Part shown: positions 1-15,000 of the stretch, in pieces
How the letters are laid out: every line of letters begins with the position of its first letter
Position numbering within the stretch: position 1 is the stretch's first letter
DNA from: a virus
DNA: 64,000 bases
Reading direction: 5' to 3' (one strand)
IMG/VR virus record: IMGVR_UViG_3300021961_000021
Notes under the pieces: generated by a model
Seen by the model: the letters and a program-made list of their open reading frames with translations, nothing else
What the model was told of the DNA's origin: nothing
Databases searched by the model: none
Position numbers and translations under genes: made by a program

Positions 1-3000
1 TGAATTGCATTCGCATTCGTGATGTAGAACTCGGTTGCATACCAGACTCTGTTGTTTCCACCGTGTCTCAGGTTGAAAATCAACTCCTCAAGATAATCTT
101 TGATATCATCAATACAGTTTGACGGACCACCAGGAATGTTAAGTGAAGGATACTGGGAAACAGTACGTCCAACCGCAGTAGATGCAATAAACGCCAAGTT
201 AGCTTCTATTTCATTTGCTGCATCATAATAAGTGTCGTCTGATGCATTATTATAATAATCATCTCTAGGAATAGGTACACCCAGTCCAGTTGTGGAAGCA
301 TCCTCATAAGGGACGAAACCAAGTCTATTCTGCATAGCAAGGATAGTCATATCTCTTGCCAGTTTGAATGTGTAGAGGGTTTCCTCCGACTGGTTTTCGA
401 TATGCTGTAGACCAAAATCGGAATTCAGGTACAGACCAGCGGCATCATATGTCTTGGAGTTACCACCAAAACGAAGGTCGTGAACAATCTGATCGAGGAT
501 TGCGACAATATCATCCTCACAATTAACCTTACCGCCAGGAACCTTAAAGTTATCTGCTTCAAATGCACTCAGTTTAGTCATCAAATCGACCGCTTCTTCA
601 GCAATCGTGCGTGCATTTGCTTCAATCAGATTGGCAGCATCGAAAATTCTATTATCAACCTGATACGCTTGAGGATCGACGGTAATTGTGTCGTCTCTAT
701 AAACATCCAACTCGGACCAAATTGCCTGATAATAGTTACTAAAATCGAGTGCCACATCTGCGGGATTTTCGTTGTAACCAATCAGTAGGTTACTAATTGC
801 TTTTCCGCAAAGATATTTTGCATACTCAATAGCATCAATCATTGCAAGAAGTTCATTCTCAACAAAGTTGATGTTTGTTTGACCATCAATATAGTAATCA
901 AGAGCAGCATTGACTTGGTTGTTGCCACCAGTCATCAAATCTCCAACAATTGCTGGGAGAATATAATCTCTCAGGTCACGGACGCATTTTGCTCTACCGC
1001 CAGGAATCTGTAGTTTATTTTGGATTGCAAATCCAACATTAACTTGATACTTATTCTCGATGTAATAAACTGCTTCATCTGCAATGAACTTTCTGTTGAA
1101 GTAAATCAGGTCAGCAGCATCATAGAATCTGTTGCCAGAAGGTGAAATGATACTGAGGAGAAGTTCAGTGAGTTCAGTGATCTTATCTTGAATTGCCTGT
1201 GCAGCAGGTGCAGTGAAGTAGTTGGGTACACGAATTTGATCTGTATGAGTACCAGTGAGATCTGTTTCATCCAGAGTGATTACATCAATACAAAGTTTAC
1301 CGACTTCATTCCAGGTATAAGTTGACTGGAGAAGTTCGCCAGCAATATGCTTCAGTGCGCCAGATGATTCCAGATATGCTCTACCAACAACTGTTGTGTT
1401 GTAGTTTCCACCATCAATCAAATCTTGAATGATTGCTGGGATGATATATGACTTTGTATCACGAAGGCAGATATTTGTACCAAAATAAGAACCTGCCCCA
1501 TCACCAGGCATCACAAAATCTGGGTAACGATCTTTCAGGCGACCAACTGCTTCTTCGGCAATCCAATCAATGTTGTTTCTGATAACCTCTGCCGATTTTC
1601 TGTAATCTTCACGAGCAAGATCAACAACCTCTGCTGTAAGTTCTTGCCTCCAGAGTTCCACCTCATCAACAACTGTTTCTGATATTGTTGTGGCAACATA
1701 ATTTGCATAGATTGCTCCCTGTTCAATTGGGAAGGGACTATCACCAAGAATTACGAACTTATCATAAATTGATGAAGTGTAAGAAAGTGGGGGAGTAAAC
1801 GCACCAGAATATGAAGCGATTCCAGAGCGAATGATCAAACTATCAATGTGACCTGTATAAACCTCACCATTTGTATATGAAGCACCAATCTTAATTGCTC
1901 TATCGGAATAGTCATTTGTGTCATTATAATCTGAACCAACTTGAGCACCATTAACAAAGAGTTTTGTTGTTCCCGATGTTCTGGAAACAGCAATGTGATA
2001 CCAAGTATTTGCAGTTGTAATTGCACTGGTAGCAATAATAACGTCAGCAGCGCCAACTCCAAAACGAAGCGAAGTGCCACTCATAAATACGCTAATTGCA
2101 GTATCTGAACCACTAGCACGGAGGTCGATTATTCTCTGAACACCAGTTACCACAGAAGGACGAATCCAAGCCTCTACGGTGTAATCACCAGTACCAAAAT
2201 CAAATCTCCCATCTGAAGGGAAATCAATTCTTGATGCAGATCCAGTGAAATATATTGAACCAGTATTGGTTTTATATGTCAGTGAATCTGTACTTGCATT
2301 TGCAATTGTCAGTTTGGAGTTAGTGATGTATTCATCAGGAATTAATGTACCAGTTACATCTGTGGAGTAAATCCACTTGTTGCCAGCGTTTGAACCAATA
2401 ACATCGAATGTTGCTCCAGAAGTAATTGCCTTAACGACATTACCAAAGGAGAAGAAACCACCAGAAGACTTGTTGCTGTATGCGTGTTTGGTGCAACGAA
2501 TTGTTTCACCATCTTCAAATGCATACGGAGGTTCAACGCGAGTGAGATTTGAAATTGACCACTGATAAGTAGTTGGATCTGCACCAGTTGGATCTTCAAG
2601 AGTATCGGTGATGATACGGATGAAGTTGGTGATTGCAGATGTTTGGGAGATGCAAGAATCGGTATAACCAGCACGAGCAGTTGACGGTGCAGTTTCGGTA
2701 TATGCTGCTGTAAATGCCGCCAGAGTACCAGGAACTGCAGTTGTGCCAATCGAAGTGATTAGCATACTGAAGAGAGATGTGATAGCAGATGCTACATCTT
2801 GGCAGGTAGGATTGCTAGGATCGACGGTAATTGTGTTATCGGTGACCTGAATCCAACCGTGAGAGTTGTCTTGCTTGGTGATAGCAATGTTTCTCATCAC
2901 GTCAATTGCCATATCGCGTGCCTTAGTGAAGGCATTCACGGTATCATCTTCATAACCAGCAACGTGTGCACCTTCAAGATAACGCTTAGTAGCGTCGTAC

Positions 3001-6000
3001 ATAAAGTCATTGCCACCGTGTGCCAAGTTGTAGACCATTGCTTCCAGAACATCTACGATGTCGGAGAGACAATTTACATCGCCACCAGGAACAACCAGGC
3101 TAGGATTCTGTTGCTTAGCATAGTAGAGTGATTCGTGTGCGATGAACCACTTGTTAGCAAGAATCAGATTGCGAGCATCTGCAAAACGATCGCCAACAAT
3201 ATCGTATTCTTGAAGAATTGTAGTATCTCTATACTGCTGAAGATCTGTCCAAAGCGGAGTGTGAACTTGGTTGCGAATGCACTTGATCATCAGATCGCGT
3301 GCTTGCTCCATAGCATAGACTGCTTGGGGTACTTCACCATTAACGTGGTAGATCGCATTACCCTGAACATAGGTTGCAGCAGCATCCCAAACTTCAGAGT
3401 TGCCATCATATTCAAGTTGATATGCAATCACATTGATGATATCTACGATGTCATCCTCACAATCTCTATCGCCATTAACAGAAGGAACACTAAATGCAGG
3501 GTAGTAATCCTTCATAATACCCACCGCTTCTTCAGCGATGAATCTTGCGTTCTTTCTGAGCAGGTTTGCAGCATCATAAGAACGAGTATCGATAACAGTT
3601 CTCAATGATGAGTTGTTAAAGTAGATCTTCTTATTACGAATCTTATCGCCAGCTTGGAAATTGCCACCAGCAAGAACTGTGTATCTAATTTCCTGATTCC
3701 TTACTTCTTCAAAATCAAGGAAGTCTTGGTTATTTGCCACCTGACTATAGAGTTCAGTGGGGTTAATAACTGTTTGTGAGATGTCATCAAGAACTTCATT
3801 GGGATATGTGATCGAAGGTACACGCTGGAATACCAGACCAAAGAACGATGATGCGGGAGAAAGATCTACGGTATCGATAATCTGATTGGAAGTTTCATCG
3901 AAGTACGGTGAAACTGCAACAACTCTAGCTGCAATCTTAGATCTTGCGGAATAAATGATATCATTGAACTTGATCTCAAATTCGCCAGTTTCATACTTGG
4001 CAGTACCAGAAGTTCTGGATGCAACCAAAGTATTTGTGACAATACCATCTTCAAGGTTAATTCCTTCCAAGACAGCAAATTTGCCGTTAAGATTTGCAAT
4101 TGTTTCACCCTGTTCAAAGATTGTCTTACTTGTCAATGGTTCTACAGAACTAAGTACACCATCAAATCCAGTTGCGGATGAAAGAATGTTGTCATTAATA
4201 TTGAATGAACCAGCAATATTAACAACATCAATACTATCAACGCCAGAATCGATTACAACTGCAGTTCCTTCTGTTTGAAGAGAACGAACAATCTTACCAG
4301 ATGTCGGGAAAATACCGCTAGTAGTTGAGAATGTAAATCTAGTGATCTGAATTTGAGCAAACGTAATATCACGGAATTTAATTCTAGAAGGTGCTCTAGG
4401 AGGTTCACTGAATACAATTGAGGGACCAGAAGTTGTGAATGAAACTGAAGGTGCCTGAGCAATACCATTCAACAGGACTAGAAGTTGATCGTCAGTGGCA
4501 GTGATGGATTCACCTTCAACTGTCAACGGGAATTGAGTTCTAATACCATCAAAATCTGCAGAGAAGTTATCAAGTTTTTTAACGATTGACGTAAGAATTT
4601 CCTCCGAGTTTGTCAGTCTCTTCTGACGGAAGAGAACTTCGGTGTTGTTGAACTCGGTATAAATTGGTTGAGTGTTTGCAAATGATGTAATTTGGTTGGT
4701 ATTTGTAAAACTGGAAATGTTTACCTCTTTAACAAGGTCAGAAATAACCTTACGACCAGAGATATCCTTACCACCAGTCAATGACAGTTCACCAAACATA
4801 TTGAAACCAACAGGGTGGTTTGTTTCAAGAATCGATGTTCTCCACTGGTTGATGGGTGTCTTAGACTTGATAACGTATGAGAAGTTCTGGTAGAAGTAAG
4901 AATCCTGAATCTTCTGAACAATTTCCGAGGGCTTGCCAACGTCATCGATGAACTGACCAGTTGATGTTGTCAGAGAGTCGATGTTAAGTGTGCCACGAGC
5001 AATTGACTGGTTATCGATAGTACCCGCTGCACGAGAAATCTGACCAGTTACACGCTCACCTTCAATAAACTCGCCAGAATAATTTTCCAATTTGAGGATA
5101 CGAGGACCAATTTGCCATCCATCATTTGTTGAAACATAACCAGTTGCAGTGGCAGTTTCCAAGGTGCTGCCTTGATATACAAGTTCACCCTTAAGGAATC
5201 TAGATGTTTCGACAATTGCTTCTGCTTTACCACCAAATACTTCGGTTAGAATGATTTGACGACCGTCACCTTGGGTGAGGAATGTAATGAAGTTTCCAGA
5301 TTCCGCATCAACTTTGGTGAGTGCAATGCGAAGTTGATCGCCCTCAAGTGAATTTTCAGCTCCAGCAATAGCATAATAAATTTGATTTTCATTTAGGCTA
5401 ACCAGACCTGCGCTGCTTGGTTTGGGAAGAACACCGACTGTGGAACCAAGATCTTCTGCTCTCAGTTGAATTTCTGCCCCAGTTGTAATACCGTGAGGGA
5501 AATTGAACTGAAGATAACCAAGGTCAATGTTAACCACATAATTAAATTCGGATTTCAAAGTAACTGTTGGTTCGGAAGAATACCCAGATCCAGGATTCTT
5601 AATAATGATATCCGACAGACGATTGTTCTTAACAATTGCCTCAGCCTCAGCACCAATTCCTCCACCACCTTCAATAACAACTCTAGGTGTTGAAGTATAA
5701 CCAGAACCAGGATCCGTTACCTTGATCTGGGCCAAAATAGCGGTATTAAACAGTTGAAGGTTTACTGGGAAAGTGATTTCGGGTTTCAGAGTATAATCGT
5801 GCGAATAACCAAAACCAAATTCATTGTTCTTCAGTTTCTTGATCTTACCAATACTTCTGCCTTGCAGGAAGACAGATGCGCCAGATCCCTCATTAGGAAT
5901 AACGATTTCAAGAACACCACCAGAACCAGCAAGAAGAGGACCGAGGATACCAGGAATTGAGTCGATATCTACGCTTGCAAAGGTATAACCCTTACCAGCA

Positions 6001-9000
6001 GATGTCAATTCAACTTTTGTGATTGTTCCAAGAAGTTCACCATCATCTGCAACAGTAACATTGCAGGATGCACCTTCACCATCACCAAGGATGGGGACAT
6101 TGTAATAGACACCATTCACATATTCCGTACCACCAGAAAGGATACGAATCTTCTCAATCTCTCTATTTGATGCAATATCGCTAACGATAGGTAGCTTTTG
6201 ATAGAAACCACCAGGATTGACTAGCTTGATGGATGCAATAGGACCAATTGCCTTTGTTGATGTGGTTGAGTATGACGCTCTATCGACACCAGTTTCGGTG
6301 ACACCTATAGGTGCATTGCTGCTTTCTGGTTCACTATGGAGTCTGAATTTAAAGCTAGAAGGACCAGTGACTTCGCTAATTGTGAATGTGCCCTTGTACG
6401 GAGTTTCAATAACGTCAATAAACGATGATTTGCTTACGGGAGAGACTGAATCATCGGTTCTTGACGGATCGAAGTAATATGAAATGTTAGTAACACTTTC
6501 ATCCACAATGAACTTAACCAATGGTTTTGGTGAAGTTTGATCCGTCAAACCAGGAATACCTTCTCTAGCAACGTTAATAAACGGATATTCCAGTTTATAT
6601 TGGTTGTCCTTAGAGAACGAGATAAAATACCCAAAGTTGGAAGTATCATCAAGGTCAAAGATGTACTGATGACCACGAACAAACAGCAGTTTAGGATGCT
6701 TAGCGTAAATGTTAACGCTACCGATTGATTGACTATTGAATACAGGATCTGCACTAGCAACATCTCTCAAACGGAAAGTAAATTCCCTCTTTGTGAATAC
6801 TTCTTCAATAAAGAATGAACCATTATATTCCTGTGTTGCGAATCCCTCAACAAAGATAATTTCATCTAGTTCAAAATTGTGTGGTTTGGATGATTGGCAA
6901 TATACAATATCTGTCGGAGTAAGATTACCGCTTGGGATAATGTCTTTAGCCAATTTGGCAGTCATCGTAAAGGTTTTAACACCCACAAGACCAGAGAATG
7001 TGGCGATTTTACCAGTATTATCTACAGTAAGAGATACACCGACGGCTTCAGCATCGATCGTGTCTCCTTTGATGAAGATTGATCCAGGATAAATTGCATC
7101 GATTTTGATAATGTAATCTTCTGGAGAAAACTCTTTCCAAGAAGAAAATTCCGCCAGAGTACCTGTAGAATATGGTGAATTGACCAAATCAATGTCAAAT
7201 GAACCGTGAACGGACGTAAATGCCCAGTTTACATTGCCATCAGATACTGTTCCTGTTACGTGAACGGGTTCTATACCACCAGAAACACCAGTGCTAGTTG
7301 CAGTGTATACTTTTCCAGCATTATATACAACATCACCAGTTGTATATGAATAATTGGTCTTCCATTCGGGAAGTATATCAGATTCTGTAAATACAAAACT
7401 GATATCATTAATATCATTTGTAGTTGATTTAACTTTCTTTGTCTGGTCAAAATTACCAATAATCTTACCCAAAGTCACATAGTTTGAACCAACTGACGTG
7501 ATAACACCATAAGCATTTACGACATCTTGACCACCAATTGTCTGATATTGCTGCAGTGTTGCACCCTTAGTGAAGGTTGCGGACTGGTTGAATGTAAGTG
7601 TCTTTACATTATCAATAGATGTGTATAGTGCATCTCGGAAATAGTATTTCGGAATTACTACGGTTGACAGAAGAAGTTTCTTACCCAGAGGTGTTGGGAT
7701 AGTTGCTGTTCTAGTTTCATAAACTTGCTCATTTGATATAAATGAATATGATCCCTCAACATTATTTGCAACCACATCACCATAATCAAGAATTTGCAAA
7801 CCAGCCGCCCCAAGAACCCAATTAGATGAGGTCATAGGAAGGGTATTAAACCCAAAATTGCTCACGGCAGAAGCGACTTCAATTTCTAAACCAGTTTCTA
7901 CATCGTCAAGTTGATAAGTGCCAAGTTTGGTTTGCCCCTGATCCAATTTAAATACAAATGCTCCAACAACCTTATTTGTGCCGATAGCTTCCCCAGGAGT
8001 AAAGTCTTCAGTATATTTTGCAAATCCAGATACAGAAATGTTATCGACCCATCCAGAAAGGCTTGTTGATGATGCAGGTGTTGATGCACCGAAAAGATAC
8101 GCCTGCTTCAGTTGTGTATCTACCTGAGTGCTAGTAATTTGAAGTTCTTCAATACCATTAATATAGACAGTATATGTGTATGTACCAACACCAGGAGTTT
8201 CCTTAACTAGAGCAAAATGCACCCAGTTTTGGTTATTGAACTTGGTCCAGTTATTTGTGGTGGTGCTGTAATATGTATTGGCACCTATTTTCAATACAAT
8301 CTTACCAAAGTTTCCACTAGCGGATTGACCATCAATTTCAACAGTTACTGTGCTTCCAGAAGTAGGAATAACTGATGTGAGAATAAGATTGGAAGATTGT
8401 GCAGTATACTGAGCAGATTTCATCTTAACCCAGCTTTCCACTGTCCATTCCGAAGCAACATCAGATTGCCAATTCAAATTCAGTGAGTTTGCTGCGGTGA
8501 GTTCTACGGACTGAGACCCATACTTGTATTCAGTTGTACTGATGGATTCTGATGCAGACCAAGCAGGCACCAAGTCTTTGTTGTATGTACCATCAAATAC
8601 TGATGATACTTCAAAATTGAAGATTGCGAGTTGCTCAGATTCAACTTTATCTCCAGCAATAATTGTATCGCCAGAGTTATCATTAGTTACAGATTTTGCT
8701 TTAAATCCGATACCATTAACTTGATCCAATGATGCTGCTGTGATGATCTGGTTAGTGTTCCAAGAAATCTTGAACATAACCGACTGATTATCGTTATATG
8801 CATATCTTACATACGCAGCAACATCAATGTTACCAAAGATATCATACTTTAGACCAACCGATCTAATTTCTTGGAATGATGCATTTGGAACGATCAATTT
8901 TGTGACACTAGGTGTCATATAATTGTCTTTCGCAAACTTCATATACATAACACCAGCAGTAATGCCAGTCGAAATTGTAGTTGCAGTTGCAGTTACATAT

Positions 9001-12000
9001 AGTGAATCGTAATCATCAACAGCAATTCTCACATCAGAGAATCTGTATGCAGCATTACCAAACTTTCTACTCCATTGAACTTCAATGGTTGCAGTGTCGT
9101 AATATGTTTCACCAACAACAATATTACCAAGACCATCGGGATCATCAATACCAGCAAATAGAACAGTATTATCTGAAGTGAATACCATATCGGTCATTTT
9201 TTCACTTCCAGAAGCAGAACAGATCTTACGCTTCTCTTTTACTGATCCGTCAAGATCCAATAAACAAATCCACATATCATCGGGACTTGGTGAGTTTGTA
9301 TCCGTCCAACCACCGATATAAATCTGCCCATCTTGATCAAGTGTAACTGCTGAAGCATAATCTCTTCTAGTAGAACCAGAGATACCAGCAATTTCTCTTT
9401 GCCACTTAATTACTGCAGTGGGATTGTTGAATCCATCAAATCCAGACTCAAACTTTGCAATAACCAAATCGGGGTTATGATTTGGATTGGTTAGATTTGG
9501 TCTAGTTTCGCCAAAAACATAAATTGAGTGTGGGTTTGTGTTTTGAACATAAATTCTATTGAAGATGCAACTCTTAGCAGCAGTTGCTGGTTGCAGTGGC
9601 AACATTGTACGAGTCCACAGCAATCTACCATCGCTATTGAACTTGGCGATTACACCCGCAGTGTCACCATCTTCCTCAGAAGATTGTCCAACAATATAGA
9701 ATGTGCGATCTTCAGCGATTGCAATATCATTAATTACTGTGATACTTGCTTGCTCCTGCAAATATGCAAGGGCATATGATGCTTTCTTAAATCTTTGAGG
9801 ATGCGAAACCCTGATCTCTGGAGGATTGGAAACACTATATCCTGAACCAGAATTGATGATGTTTACATTTTTAATAGCACCAGATTCTTCACGAATAATG
9901 TTGAGTTTGAAATCTTTACCAGATGATGAAATGATCTCGTATGATGGTGGAATGTCTTCCGAATAACCAAGACCTTCTTGGTCAATAGTGACATTTTCCA
10001 CGCCAGATACAACTTTAACTCTGAAAGTTTTGTTGGTTTGATCAATGATCGGGATACTATTGACGATAATCTCATCACCTTCGCGCAAGTCGTGCTCACC
10101 ATCAGTTGTGATGATGCCATAAGGAATATCGTTAACGACTTCCGAACTATAACCAAGAACATCAATACCTTTAACAGCAGAAACTTTAGCGGATACTCCA
10201 TATCCACCTGTACCCTCATTATCAAAATACAGTTTATCGTTGACTTTGTAAGAAATACCAGGATTTTCGACAACAAAACCACTAATTTGAGCATCCTCAA
10301 ACTTAGTTGTTGTTTGAATTTCGATATCAACTTGAGATCTCAATGAAACTCTGGGATAATAATCAAACAATTGCAGAACAGGTTCTTCCAGAATTGATAC
10401 TGGATCTATAATTTCATCTTCTGTAATCAAACCATCCTTATTATTATCTTCAATTTCAAAAATCAGATCTTCGCCAAATTCTGTGGTCAGACTATCTGTA
10501 GATTGGTTTGGTTGACGCTCGATATCAATATCAACCTCTTGATATGGATCTCTAAATCTTACAACATCTTTAGGAATGTTTGTCTGAACGGCATTTTGAC
10601 TAAAGTTCCACTTATCTGGGGTCGAATATAGTTGAGGACCACAAATAAACGGGAATACTGGCAGACCATTCTCGGATGCATCAATTGCGACAAAATATGC
10701 GTAGATACCGTTGGGGTATTCTGGTGTTTTGCAGAAACGACCATTATATTGGTCTAGGTCGCCTTTCTGGAAGACATATTCATAGTCATCAATGAAAGAT
10801 TCTGCAGGATATTCCGAAAGGGGAGGACCATCGAATCTTTCGGGAATCGGATTTGTTGCTGCATCATAAATGAGATTGGGTTTGATCCTATAGGAAGAAA
10901 CCATTCTCTTGACGCCAGACGATTGATTTGTGGCATCAATGTAACCATATGGACCATAAATGGGGTTTCCATCATATGCCCATCCGATGATCGGAGAATG
11001 TCTCAGACCACTTGTAAGTTCTTTTAGATTACCAGTTTGTTGTTCAAGATAAACGTTATCACCAAGAACGTATCTTAATTGTTTGGGATCCGATACGTGA
11101 GCGTATTCACCGCCATATTGTGTATTGTACCCAGCAAAAACATATCCACGAGACTTATCAAGAAGACCTGTCAGTTCATTCTCCAGGTTTCTTGTCCATT
11201 TGAATACGTTTGCTGTAAAATCAGCAAGTTCTCCAATTGCTTCCAGTCTAATTGTAGTAGTTCCAGTTGTATATCCAATACCACGGTTTTCGACCGTAAT
11301 GCTAAGAACCTTACCTTTATCTTCACCAAAAGTACCAATAGTAGCCTTTGCCACAGCACCATATCCAGATCCATTAATTACAACTCTTGGGGGAGTTGTA
11401 TAACCAGAACCAGATGCGATAATAGCAATAGATACAATACGTCCATTAATGATGATTGGTTGGGCAACAGCACCAGTGCCAGAATTGAGAATAACACTTG
11501 GAGATGATGTATAATTGGAACCAGTGTTGGTGATGGAAATCGATTTAATAGGACCCCTAACACTAGCAGTTGCAGTTGCACCAACACCCCCACCGCCAGA
11601 AATCGAAATCGTTGGTTGGGAAGTATATTCTTGACCAGGAGAACCAACAAGGATTTTGGAGACTCTTCCATTGGTGATAACTGCAGTTGCAGTTGCACCA
11701 AAACCACCGCCGCCAACAATTGAGATTAGTGGAGATGAAGTATATCCAGTTCCTCCATTAGTTACCTCAATTTCATACAGCGATCCATTAACTACAACTT
11801 TTGCTTGTGCTCCAGATCCACCGCCACCAGTAATTTCGATGTTGGGAATAACCGCTGCATCATATCCTTTACCAGGATTATTGATGGTGATACCTGTAAT
11901 ACCACCATATTGAACGGTTTTCTCTGACTTATATGACCAAGCAGCAACACCATTCACCCAAGCCCCTATCGGACCAGCAGTAATATCTTCACGACGAGAA

Positions 12001-15000
12001 ACAGTTTCGATATTTCTTGGGAATCTAATCAGTTTTCTCTGATTCCCAGGAATCAAAGCAGATCCAACAAAGGGACCAACCTTATAGTTGGGGATACCTG
12101 TAGTTGCAACATATGCATAATCATTATTGAAAAACGTATTTTGAACGTTTGTTGTAAAATCCTTAATAGTCGAATTGATACTTTCTACATCAGATTTACC
12201 CTTATTGAGGTCCACTGACATCAGGATATTGCCCTGAGGTGGATTTTCGGCACTAGCAGCAATCTCATATGAGAAGACTGTGTTGCTAATTCTTGAAGTT
12301 ACTAAGAATGTGCCATTAAATACCGTTGGGTTTGCACCATAAATTGTTACGGAGTCACCAACAAGTAGACCGTGATTATTATCGGTGTATACAGTAGCAG
12401 TTTGATTGTTTAAACCACCTGGCTCAATAGATACAACCTGAATCAGTTTTTTGACATTATACAACCAAGATGTGACCCTATTATCAACCGTTGATGAACC
12501 AAGAGCTGCCACAGATAGTTTGTCACCAGCCAGATAATATGATCCAGTGTCGGTAAGAATTGTACCATTTGCTTCGGCAATACCAAGAACACGGAGTTTT
12601 ACCTCTTTGGTTGTTCCCTTATTAACGTAGCAGAAAATATCAGACTCGATGTTTGTGCCAGCATCCCAATCTTCAACAACTCCATTCTTTGAACGAGTAC
12701 ACTCAATAAACTGGTTCAGTGACTTCTCTTTATACTGAACATACTCTTCATCACCAAGAATAATCAGACCATTTCTTTCTGGCCAACCAATTGTTGAGTC
12801 AACAGTGATGATTGAATCTTTTGTTCCAATAGGTTCAACCAGAGTGGTTTTGTACGGAATTGTGAAATGCCCTTGAAGTGTTTCCTCTGAGATTGACAAC
12901 TCATAAATGACTTGATCGCCAGTATTGATTGCGATAGTATTCTCAATCAGACAAGATGCATCTTTTACACTTGTATCTACAGCATCAGCATACTGCACCA
13001 AAACTCCATCATTCAAATCTGATGGACTGCCCTCAAGAAGTTGAACACGAATGATCGTGTTTACACTCCAAGTTGCTGCTGAAGGTTTGATCAGTTCATC
13101 TTTTGGATATGCTACTTCGATATCTTCAGAGAACAAAACTTTAAACAGATACTCTGTAGCAGTTTTAGTGCCTTTTGATGCATAAAAGTCCTTGATTGTC
13201 TTGATAATCTGAGGAGCGTTTACTTTTGTATAATCAATGGGAGCACTTGGCAAGAACTGAGAGACAAATCTACTATACAATTCTTTGGCAAACAGTGAAT
13301 CCAAATTCTCAATTTTGGATCCGATTTCGTGCGAAGACTGAATGCTGTTCTCTTCAAGTGTGTAAACTTGATTACCATTAATGTCAAACTCTGATGTTGC
13401 AGATACTGCTCTCTTACAATTAATAAATTGCGAAGCAAGATACCCTTCACCTTGATTATGAATGGTGAAACCTGTAATTTCCCCAAATCCAGTCGTACAC
13501 GCTGCAGCTGCAGCAAGAGGTGATGCGATGAATACTGTAGGTGGTTCAGTAGTTGAATATCCATCACCAAATGCGGTGATATTAATATCTGTAATTTCAC
13601 CGTTGAAAATGGTAGCAACAGCTGTTGCTCCTGTTCCACCAATGGGATTGCCGAGAAGATCCTTACGGTTGTCTACGATATAAACTGATGGGGGATCTGT
13701 GTAACCTCTACCACCAGTTAAAAGTTCAATATTGATGAGTTTTCCACCAGAAACTTGAACATCAAGAATCTGTGCACCAATAGGATCAATAATTCTACAT
13801 CTGGGAGCAGTTGTATAACCTCTACCAGGACTGATGATGTTGATTGCTGTTACTCTACCATCAGTGATTACTGCTTCCGCTGAAGCACTAATTGCGCTAG
13901 GATCACTAGGGGGATCAATATAAACAGTTGGCGCAGTGGTATAATCAGCCCCACCCTCCAAAACTACGATCGATCCGTCTACAATAGATCCAGTTTCATT
14001 AATTTCAGCATTCGTAATCTTTGCTCCAGCAGGATTCCTGAATGAAACTGAAGGGATTGTTTCATATCCAGAACCAGATGATGTGACTGTAATATCTGAG
14101 ACTTGACCAGTAACGTCATCAATAGTGACAAATGCCGAAGCAACAACACCAGAAGGATCTTCTGGTTCATCAAAAACGACTACGGGAGGATTTAGTGAAG
14201 TATATCCCTGTCCACCGTTAATGATTTTGAGATCTTTAATGCCATTTACAAGTGCTGATGCAGTACCATATTTACCCTCTGTTCCATCTGGAGACAGGAC
14301 AGTAACTTTCGGGGTAAAATTGATTCTATAATTAGAACCATAGTCTTTGACAACAATATCTACCAGTTTACCATCTTCAATTTTGGAAACCGCTACAGCA
14401 TCTTTACCAAATTCTGGTGCAATAAGTTCGACTGCTCTTATGGTTACCAAATCATTAAGAGACAGATCTTTCTTAAAGATAATAACATTTTCATAGACGG
14501 TATAATCCTCAAATGGAGTTTGCTCAACACCATTGAGAGCAACCAGACAAGAAACTGTTGAAAGCGGAGTATATGAAGCAGTATTCAGTGTTAATGCGTA
14601 AATATTCTGTCCTTCATTGGCAGAAGTGATTTCGATATCATCAAGTTTTCTTACGGGAACACTTGTATAACCAATCAAGTAATCAATTCTACTCGGTTTA
14701 GTAACACCTGGGGGAATTACGGGTGGAGTAAAGAATCTAATAGTAGATCCTTCAATCACATAATGCTCATACGGTTCGTACTGAATTCCATTGATAATTA
14801 CACGAACATACTCCGCGCTGGAGGGACTAATCGGAACTCCAAGCAGTTTCAGATCAAACAGTGTTCTGGAACCATTAATGTATGGTACAATACTCTCAAG
14901 TTCTTGAATTTTTTTGTTAAATTCGAGAAGATTGACACCAGGAGTAAACACAATCTTTGGAGATTGTGTGATAGACTCATAAAAGATGATCTCATCATCA